DNA of 64,000 nt from Patescibacteria group bacterium (GTDB lineage Bacteria; Patescibacteriota; Minisyncoccia; 2-02-FULL-40-12; GWA2-44-9). Numbering within the stretch: the stretch's first letter is position 1; each line of letters begins with the position of its first letter. The notes below the pieces were generated by a model. That model made no database searches. It saw nothing but the letters and a program-made list of their open reading frames with translations, and had not been told where the DNA came from. The DNA is taken from contig JBBTTB010000006.1 in NCBI GenBank assembly GCA_038064455.1, positions 5,147-69,146 on the forward strand, given 5' to 3'. The position numbers were made by a program, and so were the translations under genes. Positions 9,449 through 18,175 of the stretch are shown here, piece after piece.

Positions 9449-9521
9449 GGCGCATAGCTCAGCTGGTTAGAGCGTTGCATTCACATTGCAAAGGTCCCTG
9501 GTTCGAGTCCAGGTGCGCCCA
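9448..9521 (+). tRNA. tRNA-Val (anticodon CAC).
   Basis: Folded by hand. Acceptor GGGCGCA/TGCGCCC. D-arm GCTCAGCTGGTTAGAGC. Anticodon stem TTGCA/TGCAA with loop TTCACAT. T-arm CCTGG-TTCGAGT-CCAGG. Discriminator A. No encoded CCA. Confidence 0.8.
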
Positions 9522-9962
9522 CTAAATAGGGCACGCGACAGCCGCTTCCGGTTGTTGCGTGCCCTGATTGCTGCATACGCGCCTGGCTCGAACGCCGGAG
9601 CGATGTGTTGCCAGCTGGCAACACCGCGAGGCGGTGGTCAGTTTACCCGCCCGCCAGTTAGGTGGGCGGGCCCGAGCCCCGACGACTGGTCGGGGCGAGA
9701 GGCGAGACCGAGTCCAGGTGCGCCCACTAAATAGGGCACGCGACAGCCGCTTCCGGTTGTTGCGTGCCCTGATTGCTGCATACGCGCCTGGCTCGAACGC
9801 CGGAGCGATGTGTTGCCAGCTGGCAACACCGCGAGGCGGTGGTCAGTTTACCCGCCCGCCAGTTAGGTGGGCGGGCCCGAGCCCCGACGACTGGTCGGGG
9901 CGAGAGGCGAGACCGAGTCCAGGTGCGCCCACTAAATAGGGCACGCGACAGCCGCTTCCGGT
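9504..9962 (+). repeat. Tandem direct repeat with a 205-bp period, 2.2 copies. Each unit begins with the last 18 nt of tRNA-Val (cgagtccaggtgcgccca).
   Basis: Copy 1 at 9504-9708 (shares the tRNA 3' end), copy 2 at 9709-9913, copy 3 partial at 9914 to about 9962. Copies 1 and 2 are essentially identical. Units are rich in hairpins. Confidence 0.85.
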
Positions 9963-9984
9963 TGCTGCATGCTCCGATTATTGT

Positions 9985-10013
9985 TTGACGTGCGTGAAAT
10001 AACGGCGTATACC
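9985..10013 (+). promoter_or_regulatory. Sigma70-like promoter of island gene A: TTGACG-N17-TATACC.
   Basis: -35 at 9985-9990 and -10 at 10008-10013. The module is conserved upstream of paralog B. Confidence 0.5.
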
Positions 10014-10102
10014 TATGCTGTTCGTTGCGTTCTTTCTCAACACAACATCGGCGGGCTCTACGGAGTTGACCGGTGGCTTAAAGGCTGTGGCTTTTAAGAA
10101 AT

Positions 10103-10864
10103 GTGGTACGACGATACCGCATAGGTGTTACGATGCCTCTCAAGCAAGAGATGCTGGAAGCTGCTCCCAGGGCCGCCTCGTGGCTCGCGGAGCGATGCCT
10201 CAACACGCTGTCTCCGACAGACCGAAGGGCGGTTTTCGATGACGTGGTGCAAGAGGCGATGAACCGTAGCGATGGCGACTCCGCGTCGGCCCTCTTAGAG
10301 CTCGAGCTTCGTTACTTGGATTCTGGCGCGCTCGATCGGGTACCCACGCCAGAGACCGTGGAGGAGCAGTGTTGGGTGCGCTACCTTCTCATCGAGCATC
10401 GCTTCTTGCGCGTGGTGGAGGCTAGGTGCCTGCGTCCCAGCAGTATGGAGCCATTTGCCAACTACAAGCTGTTCGTCTGCAAAGAGGTGGCAGAGTGCTG
10501 GACGCCGACGCTTCATGGGCCCCGTGAGTTGCGGGCTTTCCGCCTTTTGGCGGCAATGGGGTGGTGTGACTCGCCAGAATATCTCGAAGCTTTTTGGGAG
10601 CGCGTTGGCGCATCTATGCCACCGTGGGCGCGCGCGATGTACGCGACTACGAGGGCGGAACAGAATAAGTTCATCGCGATCCTCCGTGAGCGCCTGGATC
10701 GGTTTCCGCGAACCGAGCCGCAGGATCCCGAGGCCGCTTTCTTGTACTGGCTTTCCTTGCCACGTGTACCTGCCGACTTGAGACGCTTGCTCGCCATGGC
10801 GTATGCGAGGATAGTCGGCCCCGACGCGATCATGCGCGGTATGATGCAGCAGCCGCGTAGCTAA
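10103..10864 (+). CDS. Hypothetical protein, island paralog A (GC-rich).
   Basis: 253-aa ORF, with an alternative start at 10133. No known motif. Homologous to the next gene (..RAFRLLAAMGW.. / ..FLYWLSLPRVPADLRRLLAMA..). Confidence 0.5.
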   Translation: MVRRYRIGVTMPLKQEMLEAAPRAASWLAERCLNTLSPTDRRAVFDDVVQEAMNRSDGDSASALLELELRYLDSGALDRVPTPETVEEQCWVRYLLIEHRFLRVVEARCLRPSSMEPFANYKLFVCKEVAECWTPTLHGPRELRAFRLLAAMGWCDSPEYLEAFWERVGASMPPWARAMYATTRAEQNKFIAILRERLDRFPRTEPQDPEAAFLYWLSLPRVPADLRRLLAMAYARIVGPDAIMRGMMQQPRS

Positions 10865-10875
10865 AGCGCCAAACC

Positions 10876-10910
10876 AGCGGCCCCGGACCTGTCCCGAGGC
10901 CGCTTTTTTA
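10876..10910 (+). terminator. Rho-independent terminator after paralog A.
   Basis: gcggcc..ggccgc stem followed by TTTTTT. Confidence 0.7.
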
Positions 10911-10935
10911 TGTGCCTTTTATTCAACATATCTGA

Positions 10936-10964
10936 TTGACGCAAGTAAAATAATGGCGTATATC
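10936..10964 (+). promoter_or_regulatory. Sigma70-like promoter of island gene B: TTGACG-N17-TATATC.
   Basis: -35 at 10936-10941 and -10 at 10959-10964. About 60 bp is similar to the module upstream of paralog A, including a conserved gttgcgt just downstream. Confidence 0.5.
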
Positions 10965-11052
10965 TATAGCTATTTGTTGCGTCCCTTAACAACTTTCGCT
11001 GCTGGGCCCTTAGGGGCTGATCGGCGACTCGGAAGCTACGGCCGACGAGCCT

Positions 11053-12261
11053 GTGCGACACGACGTTGTCGCGTGGAGCACCACTATGGCGCTCAAGATC
11101 GAATTCTGGACATCGGCGGAGGAAATTCTCCGAATGTTGCCGTCAGTATCCGCAGCCATGGCCATGAAGTGGCTTGCGGCGCCCTCGGAAGATCAGGAAT
11201 CCTTCTTGGACGAAATCGTGATGACGGCCGCTCGGCGCTATGACGACGAGCAGACGTTTGCGCTCACCAACCTCATGTGTGCAGTGATCACTGAGCGGGA
11301 AGTTGCTGTCGCCAGAGACGGGACGGGCAACCGCTTCGAGAAGGAAAACGCTGCAAAGGCCGTCGCCGTTGAAAAGGCGCTGAAGTATCTCGACGATCTC
11401 TTCTGGCGCCTACCAGACTCTCGTGTTCAGCTCGACTATGAAACGCGCAAACCATACAACACGGCAGCGCTCACGGGAACGAAAGCGTTCATCTTCAAGC
11501 GTCTTCTGACGCAGTGGAAGTTGGCGGTGCCATCCGAGGTAAGCATCCGTGCGTTTCGTCGCGCGATCGCCATGGGGTGGCCACTCCCCGCGGAGACGAA
11601 GACCCTGCCTGGCGAAAGCGACATCGAACTGAAGGTTCGTGGGCGTTGGGTATCGGCAGATGAGCGCAAGCAGTATCTGACCACCCTACGCGAATGTCTG
11701 GGGGGTTTGACGTCGGATGACCCGGATAGCCTGTTCTCCCACTGGTTCTCACTCCAGGCGGTTCCCTCTGACATCCGGGACCTGCTTGCCATCGCGCGGA
11801 CGAGGCTGGGTGGCCACCACCTGGCATCGCGTGACGTGGTGCGTGCGGGGATGCTCAACGGCTTGCCGCAGTCGGGGGTAGAGGTGGTCGCCGCCTTGGC
11901 TGTTCGTATGCGCCTGGCCGTGGAGGGGTTGACGCGTGTCAAGGAGCTCATCGCCAAGAGTATCCCAGCACCCCACATCCACCAGAGCTACTTCCAACGA
12001 GAGAGAATCATCGCAGAAGGAGTCGAGCGTGCGGTTAAGTACGCTTTCAATTTCTCTCCCGAAACCGTGACGCTGCAAATGACTGTCATGGTGCCGGACG
12101 AGATGTACGGTTCCAACATGTACTACCCCACCGTCGACGCCATCGAGAAGGTACAGTGTAAGGGCAATCTCCTCGACATCGCAATCATGCTGCGCTTTTA
12201 CGATCCGAACGCTCGCGATCGTATCGTGAAGGAGTGCAGCATCGAGGCGGCCCCGCGCTAG
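11053..12261 (+). CDS. Hypothetical protein, island paralog B (GC-rich).
   Basis: 402-aa ORF, with an alternative start at 11086. The central and C-terminal region is homologous to paralog A (..RAFRRAIAMGW.., ..FSHWFSLQAVPSDIRDLLAIA..). Weak hairpin terminator at about 12262-12305. Confidence 0.5.
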   Translation: MRHDVVAWSTTMALKIEFWTSAEEILRMLPSVSAAMAMKWLAAPSEDQESFLDEIVMTAARRYDDEQTFALTNLMCAVITEREVAVARDGTGNRFEKENAAKAVAVEKALKYLDDLFWRLPDSRVQLDYETRKPYNTAALTGTKAFIFKRLLTQWKLAVPSEVSIRAFRRAIAMGWPLPAETKTLPGESDIELKVRGRWVSADERKQYLTTLRECLGGLTSDDPDSLFSHWFSLQAVPSDIRDLLAIARTRLGGHHLASRDVVRAGMLNGLPQSGVEVVAALAVRMRLAVEGLTRVKELIAKSIPAPHIHQSYFQRERIIAEGVERAVKYAFNFSPETVTLQMTVMVPDEMYGSNMYYPTVDAIEKVQCKGNLLDIAIMLRFYDPNARDRIVKECSIEAAPR

Positions 12262-12446
12262 CGGGCAACCCCGACGGTCTCGAGAAGCAATTCTCGGGGC
12301 CGTTTTCTTATCAATTTACTCTTTTCGATGCATGGTGCGAGTGAAATGCTCGCGCAAAGTCCCCAGCTCGGCTGGTGGGGCTCCTGCACACCCCGCGACC
12401 ATTCGTTGTTCACGAAGATCGTGGGGTGTTTTACTTATGCACATTT

Positions 12447-12480
12447 CCGCTGTTGCGCGCATGCTCGGTGGGGTATACTG
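12447..12480 (+). promoter_or_regulatory. Candidate promoter of the mraZ operon: TTGCGC ... TATACT.
   Basis: ttgcgcgcatgctcggtggggtatactgac about 45 nt upstream of mraZ. Confidence 0.35.
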
Positions 12481-12525
12481 ACTAGGTAGTGGTTGTAAGT
12501 GGGAAGAAGTGTTACATCGCAAACC

Positions 12526-12960
12526 ATGCTTATTGGCGAATACCAACACACGATTGATGCCAAGAAGCGTCTTGCGATTCCTTCAAAATTTCGCCGTGAG
12601 CTTGGTGAGCGCGCCGTTGTGACTCGAGGAGTAGACGCATGTTTGTTTGTCTTTCCTCTCCAGCACTGGGAAGTGCTCGCAGAGCGCATTGCAAATCTGC
12701 CCGTTACACAGGGGGATAGTCGGTCGTTTGCACGATTGATGCTCTCCGGCGCTACAGAAGTCGAATTTGATTCCCTCGGTCGCGTACTCATTCCCGATCA
12801 TCTCAAGAGTTACGCAGGATTGAACCGTTCAGTCGTTGTTGCGGGACTCTATAAGCGATTGGAAATCTGGGATGCCGCCGCATGGGAGCGTACCAAGCAA
12901 GAGCTTGAGAAGAATTCCGACCGTATTGCAGAGAAGCTTGGTGAATTAGGAGGCATTTAA
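12526..12960 (+). CDS. mraZ: Transcriptional regulator MraZ.
   Basis: MLIGEYQHTIDAKKRLAIPSKFRREL.. duplicated MraZ/SpoVT-AbrB fold. First gene of the division and cell-wall cluster. The ORF track start at 12499 is probably too long. Confidence 0.85.
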   Translation: MLIGEYQHTIDAKKRLAIPSKFRRELGERAVVTRGVDACLFVFPLQHWEVLAERIANLPVTQGDSRSFARLMLSGATEVEFDSLGRVLIPDHLKSYAGLNRSVVVAGLYKRLEIWDAAAWERTKQELEKNSDRIAEKLGELGGI

Positions 12961-12963
12961 CGT

Positions 12964-13857
12964 ATGACGGAGCACGTACATACGCCAGTTCTTTTAGAAG
13001 AAGTTATCACGCACCTCAACCTGAATCCTGAAAAACGATTCATTGATGCGACCCTTGATGGCGCAGGTCACACCGCAGCGGTGTTGGAGCGCTACCCGGG
13101 TATTCGCATTTTGGGCATTGAGCTTGATCCGGTGCAGGTTGCACAGTTGCCGGAGCGCCGCCCAGAAGTTGCACGGCAGATTATCGTGGTAAACGATAGC
13201 TACGCGAATCTCGCGCAGATCGTTGCTGACCACATCTTTCCACCCGATGCGATCTTGATGGATCTCGGACTCTCTTCGTGGCATTACGAAGTGAGTGGCA
13301 GGGGATTCTCATTTATGCGTGATGAACCGCTTGATATGCGCTTTCAGCCCGAGACAAATCCTACGACGGCTGCGGTTATTTTAAATACCGCTTCCGTTGA
13401 TGAGCTAGAGCGCATACTGGCGACGTATGGCCAGGAACAGTTTGCAGACGCAATCGCATACGCAGTGGTTCGTGCCAGGTCGGCGACGCCCATCCGGACG
13501 ACGTTTGACCTGGTGCGGGTCATTGAAAGCACAGTTCCCGCGTGGTACCGGCATCGCAAGTTGCACTGTGCCACAAAAACGTTCCAAGCACTTCGTGTCG
13601 CAATCAATGATGAGTTGTCATCAGTTGCGAATGGTATTCGAGCTGCAATCGATGTTTTGAATCCCAGTGGACGATTAGCGGTGATCTCCTTCCAAGGCAT
13701 GGAGGACCGCATAGTCAGAGAGGCATTCAAGGCAGCGGTTGCAGGAGGAAGAGGTTCGTGGGTGACGCGAGCGACCCTTCGACCCACATGGGAAGAAGCA
13801 AAGCGAAACCCTCGAGCGCGAAGTGCAAAGCTGAAGTTATTTCAGAAGGCAGAGTAG
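12964..13857 (+). CDS. rsmH: 16S rRNA (cytosine1402-N4)-methyltransferase RsmH (MraW).
   Basis: HTPVLLEEV..., SAM-binding motifs, DLGLSSWHYE-like region. Position is immediately after mraZ. Confidence 0.9.
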   Translation: MTEHVHTPVLLEEVITHLNLNPEKRFIDATLDGAGHTAAVLERYPGIRILGIELDPVQVAQLPERRPEVARQIIVVNDSYANLAQIVADHIFPPDAILMDLGLSSWHYEVSGRGFSFMRDEPLDMRFQPETNPTTAAVILNTASVDELERILATYGQEQFADAIAYAVVRARSATPIRTTFDLVRVIESTVPAWYRHRKLHCATKTFQALRVAINDELSSVANGIRAAIDVLNPSGRLAVISFQGMEDRIVREAFKAAVAGGRGSWVTRATLRPTWEEAKRNPRARSAKLKLFQKAE

Positions 13858-13884
13858 ATCAGTTCGTAGCCAGGGAGGGTAGGA

Positions 13885-14214
13885 ATGCCTTTCCCGGTCC
13901 TCGTGCGTCGTTCGAATCCTTTTTCACCATTTTCTAAACTTGTTGTGCGGTGCAACACGGCGTTCATTTCGATAGTCGTGCTATGTGTCGCGGTGTATAT
14001 TGTGCAATCAAATCGCGTAGCAACCCACACGCTTCGCGTTGGTGAATTACAGCGCGAAACTGTTGCGCTTGCCGCACAGCGTGGCATATTGCTCACGGAA
14101 TCATTTGCCGCCGAAGAACCAGAGCAATTATCGTCATTTGCGCAGAGTCACGCATTCGTTGCTTCACATATGCCCGTACACCTGTTTGAATCAAGCAATG
14201 TCGCACGGCGCTAG
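13885..14214 (+). CDS. ftsL: FtsL-like cell-division protein (small bitopic membrane protein).
   Basis: 109 aa with a single TM helix (AFISIVVLCVAVYIV) followed by a short coiled-coil. Conserved position between rsmH and ftsI. Confidence 0.45.
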   Translation: MPFPVLVRRSNPFSPFSKLVVRCNTAFISIVVLCVAVYIVQSNRVATHTLRVGELQRETVALAAQRGILLTESFAAEEPEQLSSFAQSHAFVASHMPVHLFESSNVARR

Positions 14215-14229
14215 AAGAAGTTTTGTACC

Positions 14230-15954
14230 ATGAAGCGAATTGTACACGAACATACTCGGGTTTTTCTGTTGACGGCGGCATTTATTGCCGCCTTCGTGCT
14301 TGCGGGGTATCGCCTTATTGTGCTTGCGGGGGTGCAGCACGAAGAGTATACAAAGCAGGCGCGCGCACAATCGGAGCGTGCCACAACGCTCGTAGCTCGA
14401 GGGAATATCTTCTTCCAAAACGCTGGTGATATTCGACCAATCGCTGCGGTAAACCGTCGTTTTCCCTTCATCGTGGTTCATACGAGTAATACTGAACCAG
14501 AATTACGTGAGGGAATCGCTGACGCGCTTGCAACGGTGACCGGCGCATCAAAAGACTCCCTCATAACACTTCTAGCGCGTGAGAATAAAGAGCGCACGTT
14601 GCCGTACCGTCTTACAGAAGAGCAAGCGCGTGTCGTAGCCGATTTAGAGCTACCCGGGATTGGTATCGCGTATGCGCTAGATCGCGAGTATCCTAGTGGC
14701 ACCCTTGCGGCTGATGTGCTCGGATTTGTTGGCTACAATGAACAGGGGCGTGCGGGGCAATACGGCATCGAGTCGCGATTTGAAGATGCGCTTTCAGGCT
14801 CGCTTTCACGAAGAAGCTTTTTTGCTGTGACGAATCCAATCAGTATTATTCGCTCACTCATTGGCGGCGAGAGCGCTCGTGCGGAAGAGTCAGATCAGCC
14901 GCGCGATATTATTCTTACACTTGATCACACCATCCAAGCATACGTTGAGAATGCGCTTGATTCAGTGATCACAAAATGGAAAGCAGTGGGGGGTTCCGCA
15001 ATTGTACAGGATCCTCGCACTGGGCGTATTCTCGCGATGGTAGATCGCCCCACATTCAATCCAAACGAGTACCGTACGAGTAAGACAGAGGCATTTTTGA
15101 ATAGTTCTGTGCAGAATATTTTTGAACCGGGCTCCACGTTTAAGCCATTTACGATGGCGGCGGGTCTTGATACCAATGCGCTCACACCACAGACCACCTA
15201 CTATGATACGGGGTCAGTTGAGGTTGCTGATCGTGTTATTAAAAATTCAACACAACGTCCTGCGGGAACGCGAACAATGACACAAGTACTCGAGCTTTCG
15301 TTGAACACGGGGACAGTGTTTGCTGCGAAATTGATAGGCGCGGAAAAATTTCGTGAGTACATGGTGAACCTTGGGTTTGGTCAGCCAACGGGGATCGATC
15401 TCCCAGGTGAAGTGAGCGGCGATATCTCAAATCTTTACTCGGGGCGGGAAATTAACACCATGACGGCTTCATTCGGACAGGGTATCGCAGTGACTCCTAT
15501 TCAACTGGTGAATGCATTAAGCGCCATTGCAAATGGTGGCAGGCTTATGCGCCCACTTATTGTAGATCGCATTATTACGGGAACCCGAGAAGAAATCATA
15601 GAGCCCGAGGTGGTTACCATTCCATTTTCTGAACGTACGGCGAGTCGTCTCCAAACGATGCTTACGAGCGTTATCGACAATGGCTATGATGCTGGTGGGC
15701 GTATCGCGGGCTATGATATCGCTGGAAAGACGGGCACAGCACAGATTTCAGGGCCAGACGGCAAGTATCTCGACGGTATTTTTATTCACACCTTTATCGG
15801 ATTTGCGCCATCGTATGATGCGCGCTATACCGTGCTATTAAAACTGGACCGACCACAAGGTGTGACGTATGCGTCTAATAGTCTTGTGCCAACATTTAAA
15901 GATATCATGCAATTTTTGTTGACCTATGGTACCGTACCACCATCACGACGATAA
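14230..15954 (+). CDS. ftsI: Penicillin-binding protein (FtsI/PBP2-type transpeptidase).
   Basis: N-terminal TM segment. Active-site STFK (..EPGSTFKPF..), SxN region and a KTG motif (GKTGTAQ). Confidence 0.85.
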   Translation: MKRIVHEHTRVFLLTAAFIAAFVLAGYRLIVLAGVQHEEYTKQARAQSERATTLVARGNIFFQNAGDIRPIAAVNRRFPFIVVHTSNTEPELREGIADALATVTGASKDSLITLLARENKERTLPYRLTEEQARVVADLELPGIGIAYALDREYPSGTLAADVLGFVGYNEQGRAGQYGIESRFEDALSGSLSRRSFFAVTNPISIIRSLIGGESARAEESDQPRDIILTLDHTIQAYVENALDSVITKWKAVGGSAIVQDPRTGRILAMVDRPTFNPNEYRTSKTEAFLNSSVQNIFEPGSTFKPFTMAAGLDTNALTPQTTYYDTGSVEVADRVIKNSTQRPAGTRTMTQVLELSLNTGTVFAAKLIGAEKFREYMVNLGFGQPTGIDLPGEVSGDISNLYSGREINTMTASFGQGIAVTPIQLVNALSAIANGGRLMRPLIVDRIITGTREEIIEPEVVTIPFSERTASRLQTMLTSVIDNGYDAGGRIAGYDIAGKTGTAQISGPDGKYLDGIFIHTFIGFAPSYDARYTVLLKLDRPQGVTYASNSLVPTFKDIMQFLLTYGTVPPSRR

Positions 15955-15956
15955 CG

Positions 15957-17255
15957 ATGTCTTATAAACGACTCACGTTAGAAATGGTTCTTAAAGCGCT
16001 CGCTCGAGTGCTTGTATGGCGTTATAGGCCTTTGATTATCGGCGTTACGGGTAATGTGGGGAAGACTTCAACAAAAGAAGCTATCACAACAGTAGTGCGC
16101 ACGCGTATGACGGTGCGAGCAAGTCCTGGAAATCTCAATAACGATATTGGCCTCCCGCTTTCTATTTTGGGTGATTGGGGAGACGCATACTACCATCAAG
16201 GCCCTTCTTTGGCTTTTTGGGTACGAGTTATTGGTTCTGCGGTGCGCGATTGTATTGTGCGTAGCTCGACATATCCGCGGGCGCTGGTACTCGAGTATAG
16301 TGCCGATCGACCTAAAGATATCTCTCGACTTGCGCGTCTCTTTAAGCCGCACATCGCTGTGGTGACGGCAATTGGAGACATCCCCGTGCACGTAGAGTTT
16401 TTCCGTTCTCCCGATGCGGTAGCCCGTGAAAAAAGTGCACTCGTACACGCACTCCTTCCTTCAGATTATGTCATTCTGAACGCAGATGATGAACGGGTGC
16501 TTGATATGCGTCTTTCTGCAAGGGCTCGCGTACGGACGTTTGGTTCTCAAAAAACCGCATCGGCGTCTTTCTCACATGAAGCTCCTTGGATTGAAGACGG
16601 TGTTATGAAGGGTATGGTATGCAAGGTACACTATGATGGCGGCTTTGTACCTGTGCGTATTCCGGGAGTACTTGGTCGCACAACATGCTATGCCGTTGCC
16701 GCGGCCGCCGCAGTGGGGCACATTTTGCATGTAAATGCCCTTGCGATGAGCGAGGCTTTTTCTAGCTACCGATCTCCCGCGGGACGATTACGCATTCTCT
16801 CTGGTATCAAACACACAACTATTATTGATGACACATATAACGCCGCTCCGGCAGCTATGCGCATGGCCTTAGAGACATTGCGTGATGTACCTGCGCGACG
16901 AAAGGTCGCGGTGCTTGGTGACATGCTTGAGCTGGGCGGATTTACTATAGAAGCGCATGAAGCTATCGGTAATAGTGTGCATGCTATTGCACAACGCCTC
17001 GTGTGTGTTGGCGAACGAGCGGCGCTCATTGGCCGCGTTGCTGAAAAACACATGCCAAAGGATGCGGTGCAATACGCACATACCGCAGATGAAGCCAAGC
17101 TCTTAGTGCAAGACCTTCTTGAAGAGGGTGACCTGGTGCTTGTGAAGGGCTCGCAGGGGATGCGCATGGAAAAGATTGTGGCAGAAGTGATGGCAGAGCC
17201 TCAACTCGCGAAAGAGTTGTTGGTGCGCCAGTATGGCCACTGGCTTGCCTCATAG
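15957..17255 (+). CDS. murF: Mur ligase, most likely UDP-MurNAc-tripeptide--D-Ala-D-Ala ligase MurF. It is the only Mur ligase in this cluster.
   Basis: P-loop GVTGNVGKTSTKE. IIDDTYNAAP resembles the DxYNANP motif of MurF. C-terminal Mur ligase domain. Confidence 0.7.
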   Translation: MSYKRLTLEMVLKALARVLVWRYRPLIIGVTGNVGKTSTKEAITTVVRTRMTVRASPGNLNNDIGLPLSILGDWGDAYYHQGPSLAFWVRVIGSAVRDCIVRSSTYPRALVLEYSADRPKDISRLARLFKPHIAVVTAIGDIPVHVEFFRSPDAVAREKSALVHALLPSDYVILNADDERVLDMRLSARARVRTFGSQKTASASFSHEAPWIEDGVMKGMVCKVHYDGGFVPVRIPGVLGRTTCYAVAAAAAVGHILHVNALAMSEAFSSYRSPAGRLRILSGIKHTTIIDDTYNAAPAAMRMALETLRDVPARRKVAVLGDMLELGGFTIEAHEAIGNSVHAIAQRLVCVGERAALIGRVAEKHMPKDAVQYAHTADEAKLLVQDLLEEGDLVLVKGSQGMRMEKIVAEVMAEPQLAKELLVRQYGHWLAS

Positions 17256-17307
17256 GCCATTGCTGTGGCATACTAGATGTCGTTTTAGCATGTTGGCGTA
17301 GCATACT

Positions 17308-17382
17308 GGCCCTGTCGTCTAGCCCGGTCTAGGACACTAGATTCTCATTCTAGTAACACGGGTTCAAATCCCGTCGGGGCTA
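17308..17382 (+). tRNA. tRNA-Glu (anticodon CUC).
   Basis: Folded by hand by analogy to E. coli tRNA-Glu. Acceptor GGCCCUG/CGGGGCU (two G.U pairs). Anticodon stem CTAGA/TCTAG with loop TTCTCAT. T-arm ACGGG-TTCAAAT-CCCGT. Discriminator A. Confidence 0.7.
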
Positions 17383-17387
17383 CAAAT

Positions 17388-17420
17388 ACACAAAGACCCC
17401 CGGGCGGGGTTTTTGTGTAT
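17388..17420 (+). terminator. Terminator hairpin after tRNA-Glu.
   Basis: acacaaa..CCCCGGGCGGGG..tttttgtgt: a long stem followed by a T-run. Confidence 0.6.
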
Positions 17421-17483
17421 TTAGACCCTGTTGGATTTGAACAAGTTATTAATTTATGTTAAAAGTCTTTTTAAGGAGGAGAA

Positions 17484-17687
17484 ATGCAACTACGCTATTG
17501 GCTACAAGTCCAAGGGTGTCCGAAGCATGAAGTGACCAGAGAGCGGTTCATCCAAGCAGAAAGAAACGCTGGGTTTTACCCAAAGAGCGGGAGCGGGGAC
17601 GTGTTGGCAACGGGCGGGTTCTCCAGCGGGGACATCTTGGGATCGATCACCTACGAAGAAAGTGCGGCGGAGAAGAAGGGATCCTAA
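17484..17687 (+). CDS. Small hypothetical protein (67 aa) with a strong RBS.
   Basis: AAGGAGG 6 nt upstream of ATG. Promoter-like TTGAAC-N17-TAAAAG upstream. Terminator-like gaccg..cggtc+T6 at about 17720-17742. Confidence 0.35.
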   Translation: MQLRYWLQVQGCPKHEVTRERFIQAERNAGFYPKSGSGDVLATGGFSSGDILGSITYEESAAEKKGS

Positions 17688-17794
17688 CCATCCCCCACAA
17701 GCGTCCCTAGGGACTCGCTGACCGAGAACGGTCTTTTTTCATAGAGGGGGGTCTTTTCTTGACCTTTTAGGTGTTTCTGCTATCATGGCACCTT

Positions 17795-18109
17795 ATGACA
17801 TTTGCTGTTATTCAGACTGGTGGCAAACAATACAAAGTCGCTGTTGGCGACATTCTTGATATTGAAAAACTCGATGCCGCCGAGGGATCTGAAGTTACCT
17901 TTTCGGAGGTACTTCTTACTGCCGACGACAAAGACATTTCCGTCGGCCAGCCAATCGTAGAGAAAGCGAAGGTAACTGCCCAAGTGCTAGAGCAGGGCAA
18001 GGGCGAGAAGAAAATGGTCTTTCGCTTCAAGGCAAAAACTCGTTACCGTAAAAAGAAAGGCCACCGTCAACTATTCACGAAAGTGAAAATCATCAACATC
18101 TCCGCATAA
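17795..18109 (+). CDS. rplU: 50S ribosomal protein L21.
   Basis: MTFAVIQTGGKQYKVAVGDILDIEKL.. is a canonical L21. The ORF track start at 17771 is probably too long. Confidence 0.85.
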   Translation: MTFAVIQTGGKQYKVAVGDILDIEKLDAAEGSEVTFSEVLLTADDKDISVGQPIVEKAKVTAQVLEQGKGEKKMVFRFKAKTRYRKKKGHRQLFTKVKIINISA

Positions 18110-18175
18110 CGGAGATGTTGTCTTTTTTCGCCGTTGTGGCATAATAGACTCTTCCTTTTAGAGGAACGGAGGGTT

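Noticed and set aside
9504-9962. Possible CRISPR array.
   Set aside because: The repeats are 205 bp, contiguous and without unique spacers. No cas genes are adjacent. This is a tandem duplication, not a CRISPR array.
9486-9988. ORFs 9486-9734, 9568-9939 and 9773-9988 predicted across the 205-bp repeats.
   Set aside because: They lie entirely in tandem repeats whose period is not a multiple of 3. The identical peptide text recurs because of the DNA repeat. Composition is Arg/Pro/Ala-rich, as expected for GC-rich non-coding sequence.
11436-12078. Minus-strand ORFs (180, 110 and 109 aa) inside island gene B.
   Set aside because: They are GC-rich antisense frames with no start or RBS context. 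The plus-strand gene has paralog support.
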